64,000 nt of DNA from positions 591-64,590 of the forward strand of contig NZ_DASPLO010000012.1 in assembly GCF_035627495.1 (NCBI RefSeq), written 5' to 3'. The stretch comes from Methylocaldum sp. (GTDB lineage Bacteria > Pseudomonadota > Gammaproteobacteria > Methylococcales > Methylococcaceae). Every line of letters begins with the position of its first letter. Position 1 is the first letter of the stretch. Shown here piece by piece: positions 8,030 through 17,285 of this stretch. The position numbers were made by a program, and so were the translations under genes. The notes under the pieces are model-generated. The model was given only the letters and a program-made list of their open reading frames with translations, searched no databases and was not told where the DNA came from.

Positions 8030-9814
8030 ATGACGAACACGACGTTCCTCGAACAGCCTCCGCGCTTCCTGTTCTTCACCGGCAAGGGCGGCGTCGGCAA
8101 GACATCGATGGCCTGCGCCACGGCGATTCAACTGGCGGAAAGCGGCAAACGCGTCTTGCTCGTCAGCACCGATCCGGCCTCCAATGTGGGGCAGGTGTTC
8201 GGCGTCACGATCGGCAACCGCATGACGCCGCTGGACGCCGTTCCGGGCCTCTCCGCCCTGGAAATCGACCCGCAGGCGGCGGCGCAGGGCTACCGCGACC
8301 GTATCGTCGGCCCGGTGCGCGGCGTCTTGCCCGACGCCATCGTCAAGGGGATCGAGGAACAGCTCTCCGGCGCTTGCACGACCGAAATCGCCGCCTTCGA
8401 TGAATTCACGGCGCTGCTGACCGATTCCGCTCTGGTGGCGGGCTACGATCACATCGTGTTCGACACGGCGCCGACCGGGCACACCATCCGCTTGCTGCAA
8501 CTGCCGGGAGCCTGGAGCGGCTTTCTGGAAGCGGGCAAGGGTGACGCCTCGTGTCTCGGTCCGCTGGCCGGTCTGGAAAAACAGCGGGCGCAATACAAGG
8601 CGGCGGTGGAAGCCTTGGCCGATTCCAACCGCACCCGGCTGATCCTAGTGGCCCGCGCCCAGCAAGCCACATTGCGGGAAGTGGCGCGCACCCATGAGGA
8701 ACTCGCCGCCATCGGGCTGACGCAGCAGCATCTGGTGATCAACGGCATCCTGCCGCCCGGCGAGGCCGAGGACGATCCGCTCGCCGCCGCCATCGTGCGC
8801 CGCGAACAGGTCACCCTGGCCGAAATTCCCGAGTCGTTGCAGGCACTGCCCCGCGATCAGGTCGCGCTCAAGCCCTTCAATCTCGTCGGGGTAGACGCGC
8901 TTCGCCGCTTGTTGACTCCTGAATCATCGCTATCAACACCCGTCCATGGGGCATCGTGGATACTGAACGCCCCCGACCTGAACAGCCTGGTCGAGCCTAT
9001 AGCCGCCGACGGCCATGGCTTGGTGATGCTCATGGGCAAGGGCGGCGTGGGCAAGACCACTCTGGCCGCGGCCATCGCCGTGGCGCTGGCGCGGCGCGGA
9101 CTGCCAGTGCATCTCACCACCTCGGATCCGGCTGCGCATCTGGCCGAGACGCTGCCCAACGTGCCCGACAACCTGGCGGTGAGCCGCATCGACCCCCAGG
9201 CCGAGACCGAACGCTACCGTGCGCACGTGCTGGAAACCAAGGGCAGCACCCTCGACGCACAAGGCCGCGCCTTACTCGAAGAGGATCTGCGCTCGCCTTG
9301 CACCGAGGAAATCGCCGTTTTCCAGGCTTTCTCGCGCATCATCCGCGAGGCGGGCCGAAAGTTCGTGGTGATGGACACGGCACCCACCGGCCACACCCTG
9401 CTGCTGCTCGACGCGACGGGAGCCTACCACCGCGAGGTCACCCGCCAGATGAATGCCACGAGCCTGCACTACACCACGCCGATGATGCGGCTGCAGGACC
9501 CGGAACAGACCAGGGTAATCATCATCACCCTGGCGGAAACGACGCCGGTGCTGGAAGCGGCCAACCTCCAGGCTGACCTCGAACGCGCCGGCATCGAGCC
9601 TTGGGCCTGGATCGTCAATCAGAGCCTCGCCGCCGCCCAGACCCGCTCGCCGCTGCTGCGACAACGGGCGCTGAACGAACGCGCGCAGATCGAGGAGGTA
9701 GCCGCCGGGCACGCCGTGCGCTACGCGGTGGTCGCGCTTCAGGAAGAGGAGCCAGTCGGCGCCGAACGCTTGCGGGCACTGACCGAAATGCCGGCAGACG
9801 CCGCTGCCACATGA
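8030..9814 (+). CDS. arsA: arsenite-transporting ATPase ArsA (two-halves)
   Basis: Duplicated P-loops GKGGVGKTS and GKGGVGKTT, and the DTAPTGHT motif in both halves. Confidence 0.95.
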   Translation: MTNTTFLEQPPRFLFFTGKGGVGKTSMACATAIQLAESGKRVLLVSTDPASNVGQVFGVTIGNRMTPLDAVPGLSALEIDPQAAAQGYRDRIVGPVRGVLPDAIVKGIEEQLSGACTTEIAAFDEFTALLTDSALVAGYDHIVFDTAPTGHTIRLLQLPGAWSGFLEAGKGDASCLGPLAGLEKQRAQYKAAVEALADSNRTRLILVARAQQATLREVARTHEELAAIGLTQQHLVINGILPPGEAEDDPLAAAIVRREQVTLAEIPESLQALPRDQVALKPFNLVGVDALRRLLTPESSLSTPVHGASWILNAPDLNSLVEPIAADGHGLVMLMGKGGVGKTTLAAAIAVALARRGLPVHLTTSDPAAHLAETLPNVPDNLAVSRIDPQAETERYRAHVLETKGSTLDAQGRALLEEDLRSPCTEEIAVFQAFSRIIREAGRKFVVMDTAPTGHTLLLLDATGAYHREVTRQMNATSLHYTTPMMRLQDPEQTRVIIITLAETTPVLEAANLQADLERAGIEPWAWIVNQSLAAAQTRSPLLRQRALNERAQIEEVAAGHAVRYAVVALQEEEPVGAERLRALTEMPADAAAT

Positions 9815-9859
9815 GTGAAATCAAGAGAGCCGCAAATTTTACTTATCGGAGCATTCGCC

Positions 9860-10303
9860 ATGAAAAGATTCCATGTCCACATCGCCGTCGATGATCTCGA
9901 AAAGAACATCCGTTTCTACAGCGCCTTATTCCAAACCGAGCCCAGCGTCCGGGAAACCGACTATGCCAAGTGGATGCTGGACGATCCGCGCATCAACTTC
10001 GCCATCTCCGCACGGGGAAGCAAATCTGGCCTGGATCATTTGGGGATACAGGTCGAATCCACCGAAGAATTGGAAGCGGTGCAACAAGGGCTGACAACCG
10101 CCGCCTTGCCGGTCGCGGCGCAGAAGCAGGCGGCCTGCTGCTATGCCCAATCCGACAAATACTGGACGGTCGATCCCCAAGGCATCGCCTGGGAGGCCTT
10201 TCACTCGTTGAGCACCATCCCGATGTTCGGCGAAGACACGGCCATACAACTCAAATCCGCTTCGAACTGTTGCAACCCCTCCCAACAAGGAATCCGTACG
10301 TGA
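9860..10303 (+). CDS. arsI: ArsI/CadI-family glyoxalase-fold metalloenzyme (possible C-As lyase)
   Basis: VOC fold ([25 protein letters not shown]) with a vicinal Cys pair (QAACCYA), as in ArsI. Confidence 0.7.
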   Translation: MKRFHVHIAVDDLEKNIRFYSALFQTEPSVRETDYAKWMLDDPRINFAISARGSKSGLDHLGIQVESTEELEAVQQGLTTAALPVAAQKQAACCYAQSDKYWTVDPQGIAWEAFHSLSTIPMFGEDTAIQLKSASNCCNPSQQGIRT

Positions 10304-10791
10304 ACCCGCGTCCGCTCGATGTTCTCGTTCTCTGCACCGGCAATTCCTGCCGCAGCATCCTCGGCGAAGCTCTGATCAACCACTTAGGGAAGGGCCGCTT
10401 GCGCGCCTTCAGCGCCGGGAGCCATCCGACCGGCCGGGTCAACCCGAACGCCCTGGCAACGCTGTCGCGTCACGGTCTGCCGACCGAAGGCTATGCCAGC
10501 AAGTCTTGGGATGCGCTCGAAGAGACGCCGATCGATATCCTGATTACGGTCTGCGATTCGGCGGCGGGGGAAACCTGCCCGGTTTACCTGGGATCGGCCG
10601 TTCGGGGTCATTGGGGCTTGCCCGACCCGGCCCACGTCACCGGCAATCCCGAAGTCATCGAGGCCGCTTTCGAGGCGACTTATTCCGCCCTGGAGAAGCG
10701 TATCCGCCAACTGCTGGCGCTGCCGGTGGAAACGATGTCCCGGTCCGAACTGACCGAGGCGCTGAATCGGATCGGCGCGGGAACCCTTTGA
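10300..10791 (+). CDS. arsC: second LMW-PTP type arsenate reductase
   Basis: The GTG start overlaps the arsI stop (GTGA). Motifs [18 protein letters not shown] and [13 protein letters not shown]. Confidence 0.85.
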   Translation: MNPRPLDVLVLCTGNSCRSILGEALINHLGKGRLRAFSAGSHPTGRVNPNALATLSRHGLPTEGYASKSWDALEETPIDILITVCDSAAGETCPVYLGSAVRGHWGLPDPAHVTGNPEVIEAAFEATYSALEKRIRQLLALPVETMSRSELTEALNRIGAGTL

Positions 10792-10811
10792 ATAGCTTGA
10801 GAGCTACCGTC

Positions 10812-11951
10812 ATGAACAAAGAAATATCCATCAATTCCGACCGGACTCTTCACCCGCCAGCTTCAGCCCGCGAGTCCCGCAAGCGGCTGGATTTCGTGGC
10901 GCGGTTTCTGACGCTGTGGATTTTTGTGGCCATGGCGGGCGGGGTCGCGCTGGGCTATTTCGTCCCCGGCGTCACCCAATGGCTGACCCGGTTTCAGGTG
11001 GGAACCACTTCCATTCCCATCGCCATCGGCCTCATCCTGATGATGTATCCGCCGCTGGCCAAGGTGCGCTACGAGGAACTGCCCCAGGTCTTCAAGAACC
11101 TCAAGGTCTTGACGCTCTCCCTGATCCAGAACTGGGTGATCGGCCCGATCCTGATGTTCGCGCTGGCCATCCTGTTTCTTCGGGACTACCCGGAATACAT
11201 GGTGGGCCTGATCATCATCGGCCTCGCCCGCTGCATCGCCATGGTCCTGGTCTGGAACGATCTGGCCCGGGGCGATACCGAATATTGCGCGGGGCTGGTG
11301 GCGTTCAACTCCATCTTTCAGATGCTGTTCTTTTCCCTCTACGCCTATGTTTTCGTCACCGTCCTGCCCGACTGGCTGGGAATCGCATCGGGCCTCGAAG
11401 TATCGATCACCATTCTCCAGGTCGCCGAAAGCGTGTTGATCTATCTGGGAATTCCTTTTTTCGGCGGCATGCTCACCCGTTTTTTTCTGGTGCGGCGCAA
11501 AGGCCGGCAGTGGTATGAGGAAAAATTCATCCCCAAGATCAGCCCTCTAACCCTAATCGCCCTCTTGTTCACCATCCTGGTGATGTTCTCGCTCAAGGGC
11601 GAATACATTGTGCAGCTGCCCCTGGATGTGGCGCGCATCGCCATCCCCCTGGTCCTCTATTTCATCATCATGTTCTTGGCCACGTTTTACATGTCGGCCA
11701 AGGCGGGAGCCGGGTATCGCATCAGCACCACCCTGTCGTTCACCGCCGCCAGCAATAATTTCGAATTGGCCATCGCCGTGGCCGTGGCGGTTTTCGGTCT
11801 CCAGTCGGGGCAGGCCTTCGCCGCGGTCATCGGCCCTCTGGTGGAGGTTCCGGTGCTGATCGGCCTGGTCAAGGTGGCCCTTTACTTCAGGCAAAAATAT
11901 TTCACGCCCGGCGACCGAGCCGCCGAACCAATCGCGGAAAGACTCTCATGA
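10812..11951 (+). CDS. acr3: ACR3-family arsenite efflux permease
   Basis: About 10 TM segments with ACR3-like sequences ([44 protein letters not shown]). Confidence 0.9.
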   Translation: MNKEISINSDRTLHPPASARESRKRLDFVARFLTLWIFVAMAGGVALGYFVPGVTQWLTRFQVGTTSIPIAIGLILMMYPPLAKVRYEELPQVFKNLKVLTLSLIQNWVIGPILMFALAILFLRDYPEYMVGLIIIGLARCIAMVLVWNDLARGDTEYCAGLVAFNSIFQMLFFSLYAYVFVTVLPDWLGIASGLEVSITILQVAESVLIYLGIPFFGGMLTRFFLVRRKGRQWYEEKFIPKISPLTLIALLFTILVMFSLKGEYIVQLPLDVARIAIPLVLYFIIMFLATFYMSAKAGAGYRISTTLSFTAASNNFELAIAVAVAVFGLQSGQAFAAVIGPLVEVPVLIGLVKVALYFRQKYFTPGDRAAEPIAERLS

Positions 11952-12766
11952 ATGACCTGAAAGAAGCAAAAGCCCGAGCCGCCAGAGCCTACAACGCCGC
12001 AGCCGACTATTTCGACCATCCCGTCAGTTCCTTTTGGCACCGCTTCGGAAAACAAACCGTAGAGCGGATCAACCTTCTTCCCGGCGAACGGGTGCTGGAT
12101 GTCTGTTCCGGAAGCGGGGGTTCCGCATTGCCTGCGGCGGAACGGGTAGGCCCGAATGGCAACGTGGTCGCGGCCGATCTTGCGGAAAACCTGATTGCCT
12201 TGGCTCGAGCCAAGGCGAACGCCAGGGGTTTGGAGAACATCGAATTCCGGGTCGGCGACATGCTTGCCCTGGGCTATCCGGATGCCGGTTTCGACGCGGT
12301 GGTCTGCGTCTTCGGCATCTTCTTCGTTCCGGACATGGCTGCAGCGGCCAGGGAGTTATGGCGCATGGTCCGCCCCTGCGGCCGTCTGGCCATCACCACC
12401 TGGGGACCTAAGCTCTTCGAGCCGGCCAACGGCGCTTTCTGGGATCTCATCCGCCAGGAACGGCCCGATCTCCATCGCAGCTTCAATCCCTGGGACCGCA
12501 TTTCCGAACCGTCCGGCTTACGCGAAATGCTTGCGGACGCGGGTGTACACACTGCGAACATCGTCGCGGAACCCGGCACTCATCCCTTGAACGCGCCGGA
12601 CGACTGGTGGGCCATCGCTATGGGCAGCGGCTACCGGGGCACCCTGGAGCAATTGGATGCCGAGACCTTCGCCCGAGTGCGCGAGGGCAATCTGTTCCGC
12701 CTTCACCAGGAGCGGGTAAGCGCCATAGAGACGAACGTCATTTATGCCGTGGCCACGAAAAGCTGA
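11948..12766 (+). CDS. class I SAM-dependent methyltransferase (possibly ArsM-like)
   Basis: Motif [17 protein letters not shown] overlap with acr3. Assignment to ArsM rests on context only. Confidence 0.6.
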   Translation: MNDLKEAKARAARAYNAAADYFDHPVSSFWHRFGKQTVERINLLPGERVLDVCSGSGGSALPAAERVGPNGNVVAADLAENLIALARAKANARGLENIEFRVGDMLALGYPDAGFDAVVCVFGIFFVPDMAAAARELWRMVRPCGRLAITTWGPKLFEPANGAFWDLIRQERPDLHRSFNPWDRISEPSGLREMLADAGVHTANIVAEPGTHPLNAPDDWWAIAMGSGYRGTLEQLDAETFARVREGNLFRLHQERVSAIETNVIYAVATKS

Positions 12767-12771
12767 TTCCG

Positions 12772-13568
12772 ATCCTGATACGCCAGCATAAGGCTGCGGT
12801 GGCCAATGCCTCGCACGCGTTAATCGTGGGTGGGGGATTCATCGGTCTGGAAATGGCCGATCAGGTGTTGCCGCCGCTCGATCCGGAAATGGCCGGTTAC
12901 GCCGCCGAAAGGCTGATAAGCCACGGCGTCAGCCTGGGGCTTCGCGAAGGTGTCGCGGCCTTCGACAAGCGCCCGGAGCGCGGTTTGAACGTGCGACATC
13001 CAAGGGCGAAACGCTCGCTGCCGACCTGGTCATCATGGGAATCGGCGGGCGCCCGGATTCGGAGCTGGCGACCGCCGCCGGATTGGAATTAGGCGCCCTC
13101 GGCGGCATTCGCGTCAATGAGTACACGCGCATCAGCGATGCCGCTATCTGGGCCGTGGGCGACGTGGTCGAAGTCAAAAATCGAGTTACTGGGAAATGGC
13201 AACTGGTCCCGCTGGCCGGGCCCGCCAACCGGCAGGGACGCATCGCGGCTACGGCCATACTTCACCACTTTTCGTGCAGCAACGGCGAGACGCCGCCTCT
13301 GGCTTTCGAGGGCGTTCTCGGAACCGCCGTGTGCGAAGTGTTCGGCCTGACAGTGGCGGTTACAGGCGCCAACGCACAAAATCTTCCTCTCGAAACCTTG
13401 CGCGACCGGCTTCACGAACTGCCCCGCGATCGGGACATCTGGCTAGTCTGCGGTGTCGGACAACGCGCCTATTACGCCTTTCGGGTATTGATGCAGAACG
13501 GCCTTCAGGTCAAAGTGCTTTCCGGCGGCATGCAGACCTATCAGTCCCGGATGCAAGCGAGTGGCTGA
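12772..13568 (+). pseudogene. decayed CoA-disulfide reductase/NADH oxidase-rhodanese gene
   Basis: Starts mid-protein at the NAD-binding LIVGGGFIGLEMA, so the FAD domain is missing. Has an internal gap after LEMAD and a frameshift near 13000 (..GLNV / SKGETLAADLVIMGIGGRPDSELA). WAVGDV is followed directly by a short rhodanese tail (DIWLVCGVGQRAYYAF). Confidence 0.7.
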
Positions 13569-13859
13569 GAAGGGTAAGCACCGTAGGCGGAATAGAGGGA
13601 CGAAACCCGGCGACATTTGACATGAAGGTCTGCTTGATCATAGTTTGGTAAACGATCACGCCCGAACCGATGGCGCAGCCGACGGGTCTCACCAAACAGA
13701 TATCAAGTTGAAATGCCCGCCGGAAAAGGCCGCCATCATCGCGGACAAGCTTTGCCGTTCTTCCCGTTGCTTCTCCAGAATGGGCGGTTCCGGTCAGTCC
13801 GCTTCCGAAGGCTCCGGTTCCCATAACGGTATTCCTGTTATCCGTTCAAAGGAAAAGCG

Positions 13860-14222
13860 ATGAAAGCTGACGTTGGAAAATGGGCCGTCATTGTTCTCTT
13901 GAGCGTTCTCGCCACCGGCTGTTCGAGCATACGTGCGAGAACGGAAACACCCGCGACGGAATGGAAGATTTACCCCGGCGTTCGGCAAGACGTGAAAGAG
14001 ATGGGCGAAATTTTCAGCGGCGAGCGTCCACAACCGGGATGGCTCAACGGGCTAGTGGCATCCATTCTTATCTTCGACCTGCCTTTCTCGTCCGTCTTCG
14101 ATACTTTCGTATTGCCATACGACCTGAATCGCGTCCGTAATCCGGAAGCTTCTCAAGTAGCCCCCGACACATCCAAAGGATCGCCGGACCGGGAATCGCA
14201 GGAAATTGAAGAAGACAGATGA
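13860..14222 (+). CDS. YceK/YidQ-like small lipoprotein
   Basis: Lipobox LATGCSS. The motif IFDLPFSSVFDTFVLPYD is typical of DUF1375-type lipoproteins. Confidence 0.6.
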   Translation: MKADVGKWAVIVLLSVLATGCSSIRARTETPATEWKIYPGVRQDVKEMGEIFSGERPQPGWLNGLVASILIFDLPFSSVFDTFVLPYDLNRVRNPEASQVAPDTSKGSPDRESQEIEEDR

Positions 14223-14512
14223 CTGTCGGCGGCTTTTCGAAAAATAGGGGGCGATTACCGGATTTGGTTGCTGTCTTCGTTCAGCCATACGAACCAGGGT
14301 GGCCAAGGCCTGAGCGCCTCAAAAAGGTCGCGCTTTGGCCGATAGTCGTGCTCGTGTTAGCCCAAAATCGTTTTGGTCAACCTGGAGACCCTTCGTTAAC
14401 CGAGGCGGACAGTCCTGATTTGGCAGGAACTTCAGGCCTGCTTGGTGCTGCGGCCGGCAAAAAACAAAGAAGTGGTCCGAAACGAAAGACCCGCGCTTAT
14501 GCGGCATGCCTA

Positions 14513-15952
14513 CTACAAGTGAGTTGTCAACCAACTCCAGGCTTTGCTCCAATTCCTACTGATGTGTTCAACAAGTAGGCCGTCTTCCATCCACTGGATC
14601 TCCACGGTGATACCAATCAAAAGGGCAAAAACAACTACCAAGACTACGATAGTTGTGCGTGCTTGCGTATTTCGATATGCCGCGACGGCATCTGTGAGAG
14701 GTTTGTCCGCCAGTGTTTGGTAGTCATCGTCATCCAAAAATGCATAGAGTTTGGTGCGCCACGACTTTCTTGATGTCTCGACGATATCCAAAAATCTTCC
14801 GTAAGTGGCAACGGTAATGACGTATGAAGTAACGATATAGATTGCGACAAGAAGATAGATTGCAGCAAAACCAAAAGTACCTTTACCTGCTTTTGTGCCG
14901 TCCATAGCAACGCGAATACCAACCACTCCGATCGCAATTGCCACGTCACGCCATACAGCGCTCGATAAATCTCGCGCTTGTTGAAGGAGTTTCTGGACTT
15001 CGTCGGCAAGCGTTTTCCGAAGATCGGCCAAAGCCTTGAGGGTATCTTTGCTTCCAGAACGCAGATGAGCCTTATAGACGAGACGCGCAGAATCGAGTGC
15101 GCCGACCAGACGCGATTCGAGGCCAACGCAGAAAGAGGCATCTGGGGTCCAGGCACGCGCTAGCTCCGCTGACAGAAACGTATGCCTGACTTCCACATCG
15201 TCCCCTTCCAAATAGACCCAAGTCGCCGCTTCCTGGAGAGCCTGAAACGGCACTTCATCAGCTTGAAAGGTGCCGAGATCAAGCCGCCGTGGCGGTTGCC
15301 CGGAGAGACCCACTTTTGAAATTCCTCCATCTTTATAGAGATCATTTGGCAGAGACTTCGCGATCATCTGGGCGGCAATTTCCTGCCAGATGGTGACAGC
15401 TTCGCAATTATCGGGAGCAGGTCCGGCCAGTATCCAAGGCTCAATTTGAGCGGGGGCCATTAAATCAGGCGATTGGCATCTGACCTGGCGCCTCGGACCG
15501 CTGTCACTTACTCGTCTTTCGTCTTGAAGTTCAAGCGTAGTTGGGGAATTGATCCAAGGCTCGATACTGAACGCCCTTGTATTAAAACCATTCTTGGTAA
15601 AAGCTAGCCTGACAGTCCTAGCCGAGGAAATCGCCAAATCTTTTTGAAGGAAAGAGCGCCAACCTTCGGGAGTGAAAAGATGAGGCGTGGCATCAGATGA
15701 TTGAAATCTGAGACTTAATCGTTGTTTTTCACCTTCTCTGCCGTCTTTCGGCTCTATGGTATCTTGAGCTTCATCTTTGCATTCCAATGTGAGCCAAGAA
15801 CATTGATCGTCGACAACGGCCTGCCAGGCCGATAAAGCGGCACGCGACATCGCCCCGCCGATCCAAAGATGGCCGGGATCCTCGCTGATATTGAAGTCAG
15901 CCGCAGCACGGCTGGCTTCAATTGCCTCGTGAACCTTTTTCAATGTCGACAT
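14513..15952 (-). CDS. hypothetical protein: ~330-aa soluble domain plus 3 C-terminal TM helices
   Basis: Long ORF in an AT-rich islet that overlaps the upstream gene by 35 nt. TM segments: VAIAIGVVGIRVAM, FGFAAIYLLVAIYIVTSYVITVATY, TTIVVLVVVFALLIGITV. I recognise no family. Confidence 0.65.
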   Translation of the reverse strand: MSTLKKVHEAIEASRAAADFNISEDPGHLWIGGAMSRAALSAWQAVVDDQCSWLTLECKDEAQDTIEPKDGREGEKQRLSLRFQSSDATPHLFTPEGWRSFLQKDLAISSARTVRLAFTKNGFNTRAFSIEPWINSPTTLELQDERRVSDSGPRRQVRCQSPDLMAPAQIEPWILAGPAPDNCEAVTIWQEIAAQMIAKSLPNDLYKDGGISKVGLSGQPPRRLDLGTFQADEVPFQALQEAATWVYLEGDDVEVRHTFLSAELARAWTPDASFCVGLESRLVGALDSARLVYKAHLRSGSKDTLKALADLRKTLADEVQKLLQQARDLSSAVWRDVAIAIGVVGIRVAMDGTKAGKGTFGFAAIYLLVAIYIVTSYVITVATYGRFLDIVETSRKSWRTKLYAFLDDDDYQTLADKPLTDAVAAYRNTQARTTIVVLVVVFALLIGITVEIQWMEDGLLVEHISRNWSKAWSWLTTHL

Positions 15953-16971
15953 CGTTTCTCGTAATTTGCGCCGTCACGATCACAATTTCTGTGCGACCAT
16001 CGCCGTGAGGTCTTGTCTCCGGTTCATGTTCTTCATCGAAAATAATGTGAGTGCCTTCTACTGTTTCTAGCCGCCGACGTTTAGGCTTCGGAATGTGCTC
16101 CGGATCAATGTCGAATGTCTCCTCCGCAATTCCCTGTTCCTTCAATTTCCGCTTTAGCGTCTTGCGAACAGGCGCATCCTCAGCAACATGTCCAAAAATA
16201 GCCGTAATCAGTGGCTCTGGATTATCAGGATCAAAACGGTGTCCACCCTGACGCAGAACATCATAGATACGATTGACCCCGCTAGTCCGAATATCGGGAG
16301 GCAGTTCAGTTCGATGTTCTTTGAAGGTCTGCTTAAATGCCTCTACCACCTTACCGCTCATGTCTTCGGGTGAGTTCACACGGCGCGCCTCAAGAAATCC
16401 TTGAAAGTAATCAGAAATATGGGCCGGTTCACTTCTATCACGCACGACGATCTTGCCGCCTTGACCATCCGTAAGACGAACTAGAGCAATTTTTTGCATA
16501 GCCTCGGCCTTTACGCACGAAGCTTTCGCGAAATCGTTCTAGGCGCGGTACTTGAGGCCCATCTGTATCGTTCAATACATAACGAACAACATCTTCATTA
16601 TCGTATTTAATAAGCGCATAGATTGTCTCGCCATCCCCCACGCTCAATTCGAAAACGAAGAATACCCCCATGCTCATCGTGCGAGAAAGGTGTAATCTCT
16701 GGAAATCTCTAGCTAAATTCTGAGTGTGCTCAGTAAAAACACCTTCATTCTTAGCGATTAAGCGCAGGATACGTTCAGCATTTGACAGTGGCTTAAACTC
16801 AAAGAGATTGCCCCGCAAAGCGGATTTCACGCGCTCTAAAAAGAAATCGGTATGCTGCGGAGGAGCAATCTCCTCGAGCAATATCGGTTCTTCGAGAGAC
16901 TTACCAACCACATGGAAGATCATCCGTCTGATCGACAGCGCTTCCTTCTCTTCATCTGTCAATAAACTCAT
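15918..16971 (-). pseudogene. NdpA/YejK-like nucleoid-associated protein, split by a 1-nt frameshift
   Basis: Track ORFs 16438..16971 and 15918..16499 overlap. The N part has MIFHVVGK and IYALIKYD, and FVRKGRGYAK resembles YejK FLKGRVGRKV. The C part has IALVRL and ISDYFQGFLEA. Removing one A from the A6 run (plus-strand T6 at 16490-16495) joins them. Confidence 0.65.
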
Positions 16972-17285
16972 TCGCCCCCCTTGTCAGCCTCGACTACTCC
17001 CAAAACGCCCAGATTCACGGCTATTTTTCTATTGATTAAAAAATAATTATCGACAACACAAATAATATACAACGCTGGGCTCGAGCGGGTATGAGTGAAC
17101 AGCCTTTCTGCTGTTTTTGCTAGTTCCCAAGCGGGAGCTTAGAAATCAGCAAAAGCCGTGGCCTTCGCCGCAGATTCCCGTGCAAGTGGCAAGGCGCGTA
17201 ATTGCTGCCGCCTTCAAAGCAGGCGCTCCTCGAAAGCGGGTGCGTAGCGCCTGCTGAAATGTTTATTTGAGCGGAAAGGAAACGT

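Noticed and set aside
13570-13860. A possible remnant of a further gene (minus-strand fragments such as …AAFSGGHFNLISVW and VRPVGCAIGSGVIVY).
   Set aside because: Only short broken frames, with no recognisable family. Mentioned solely as part of the decayed region.
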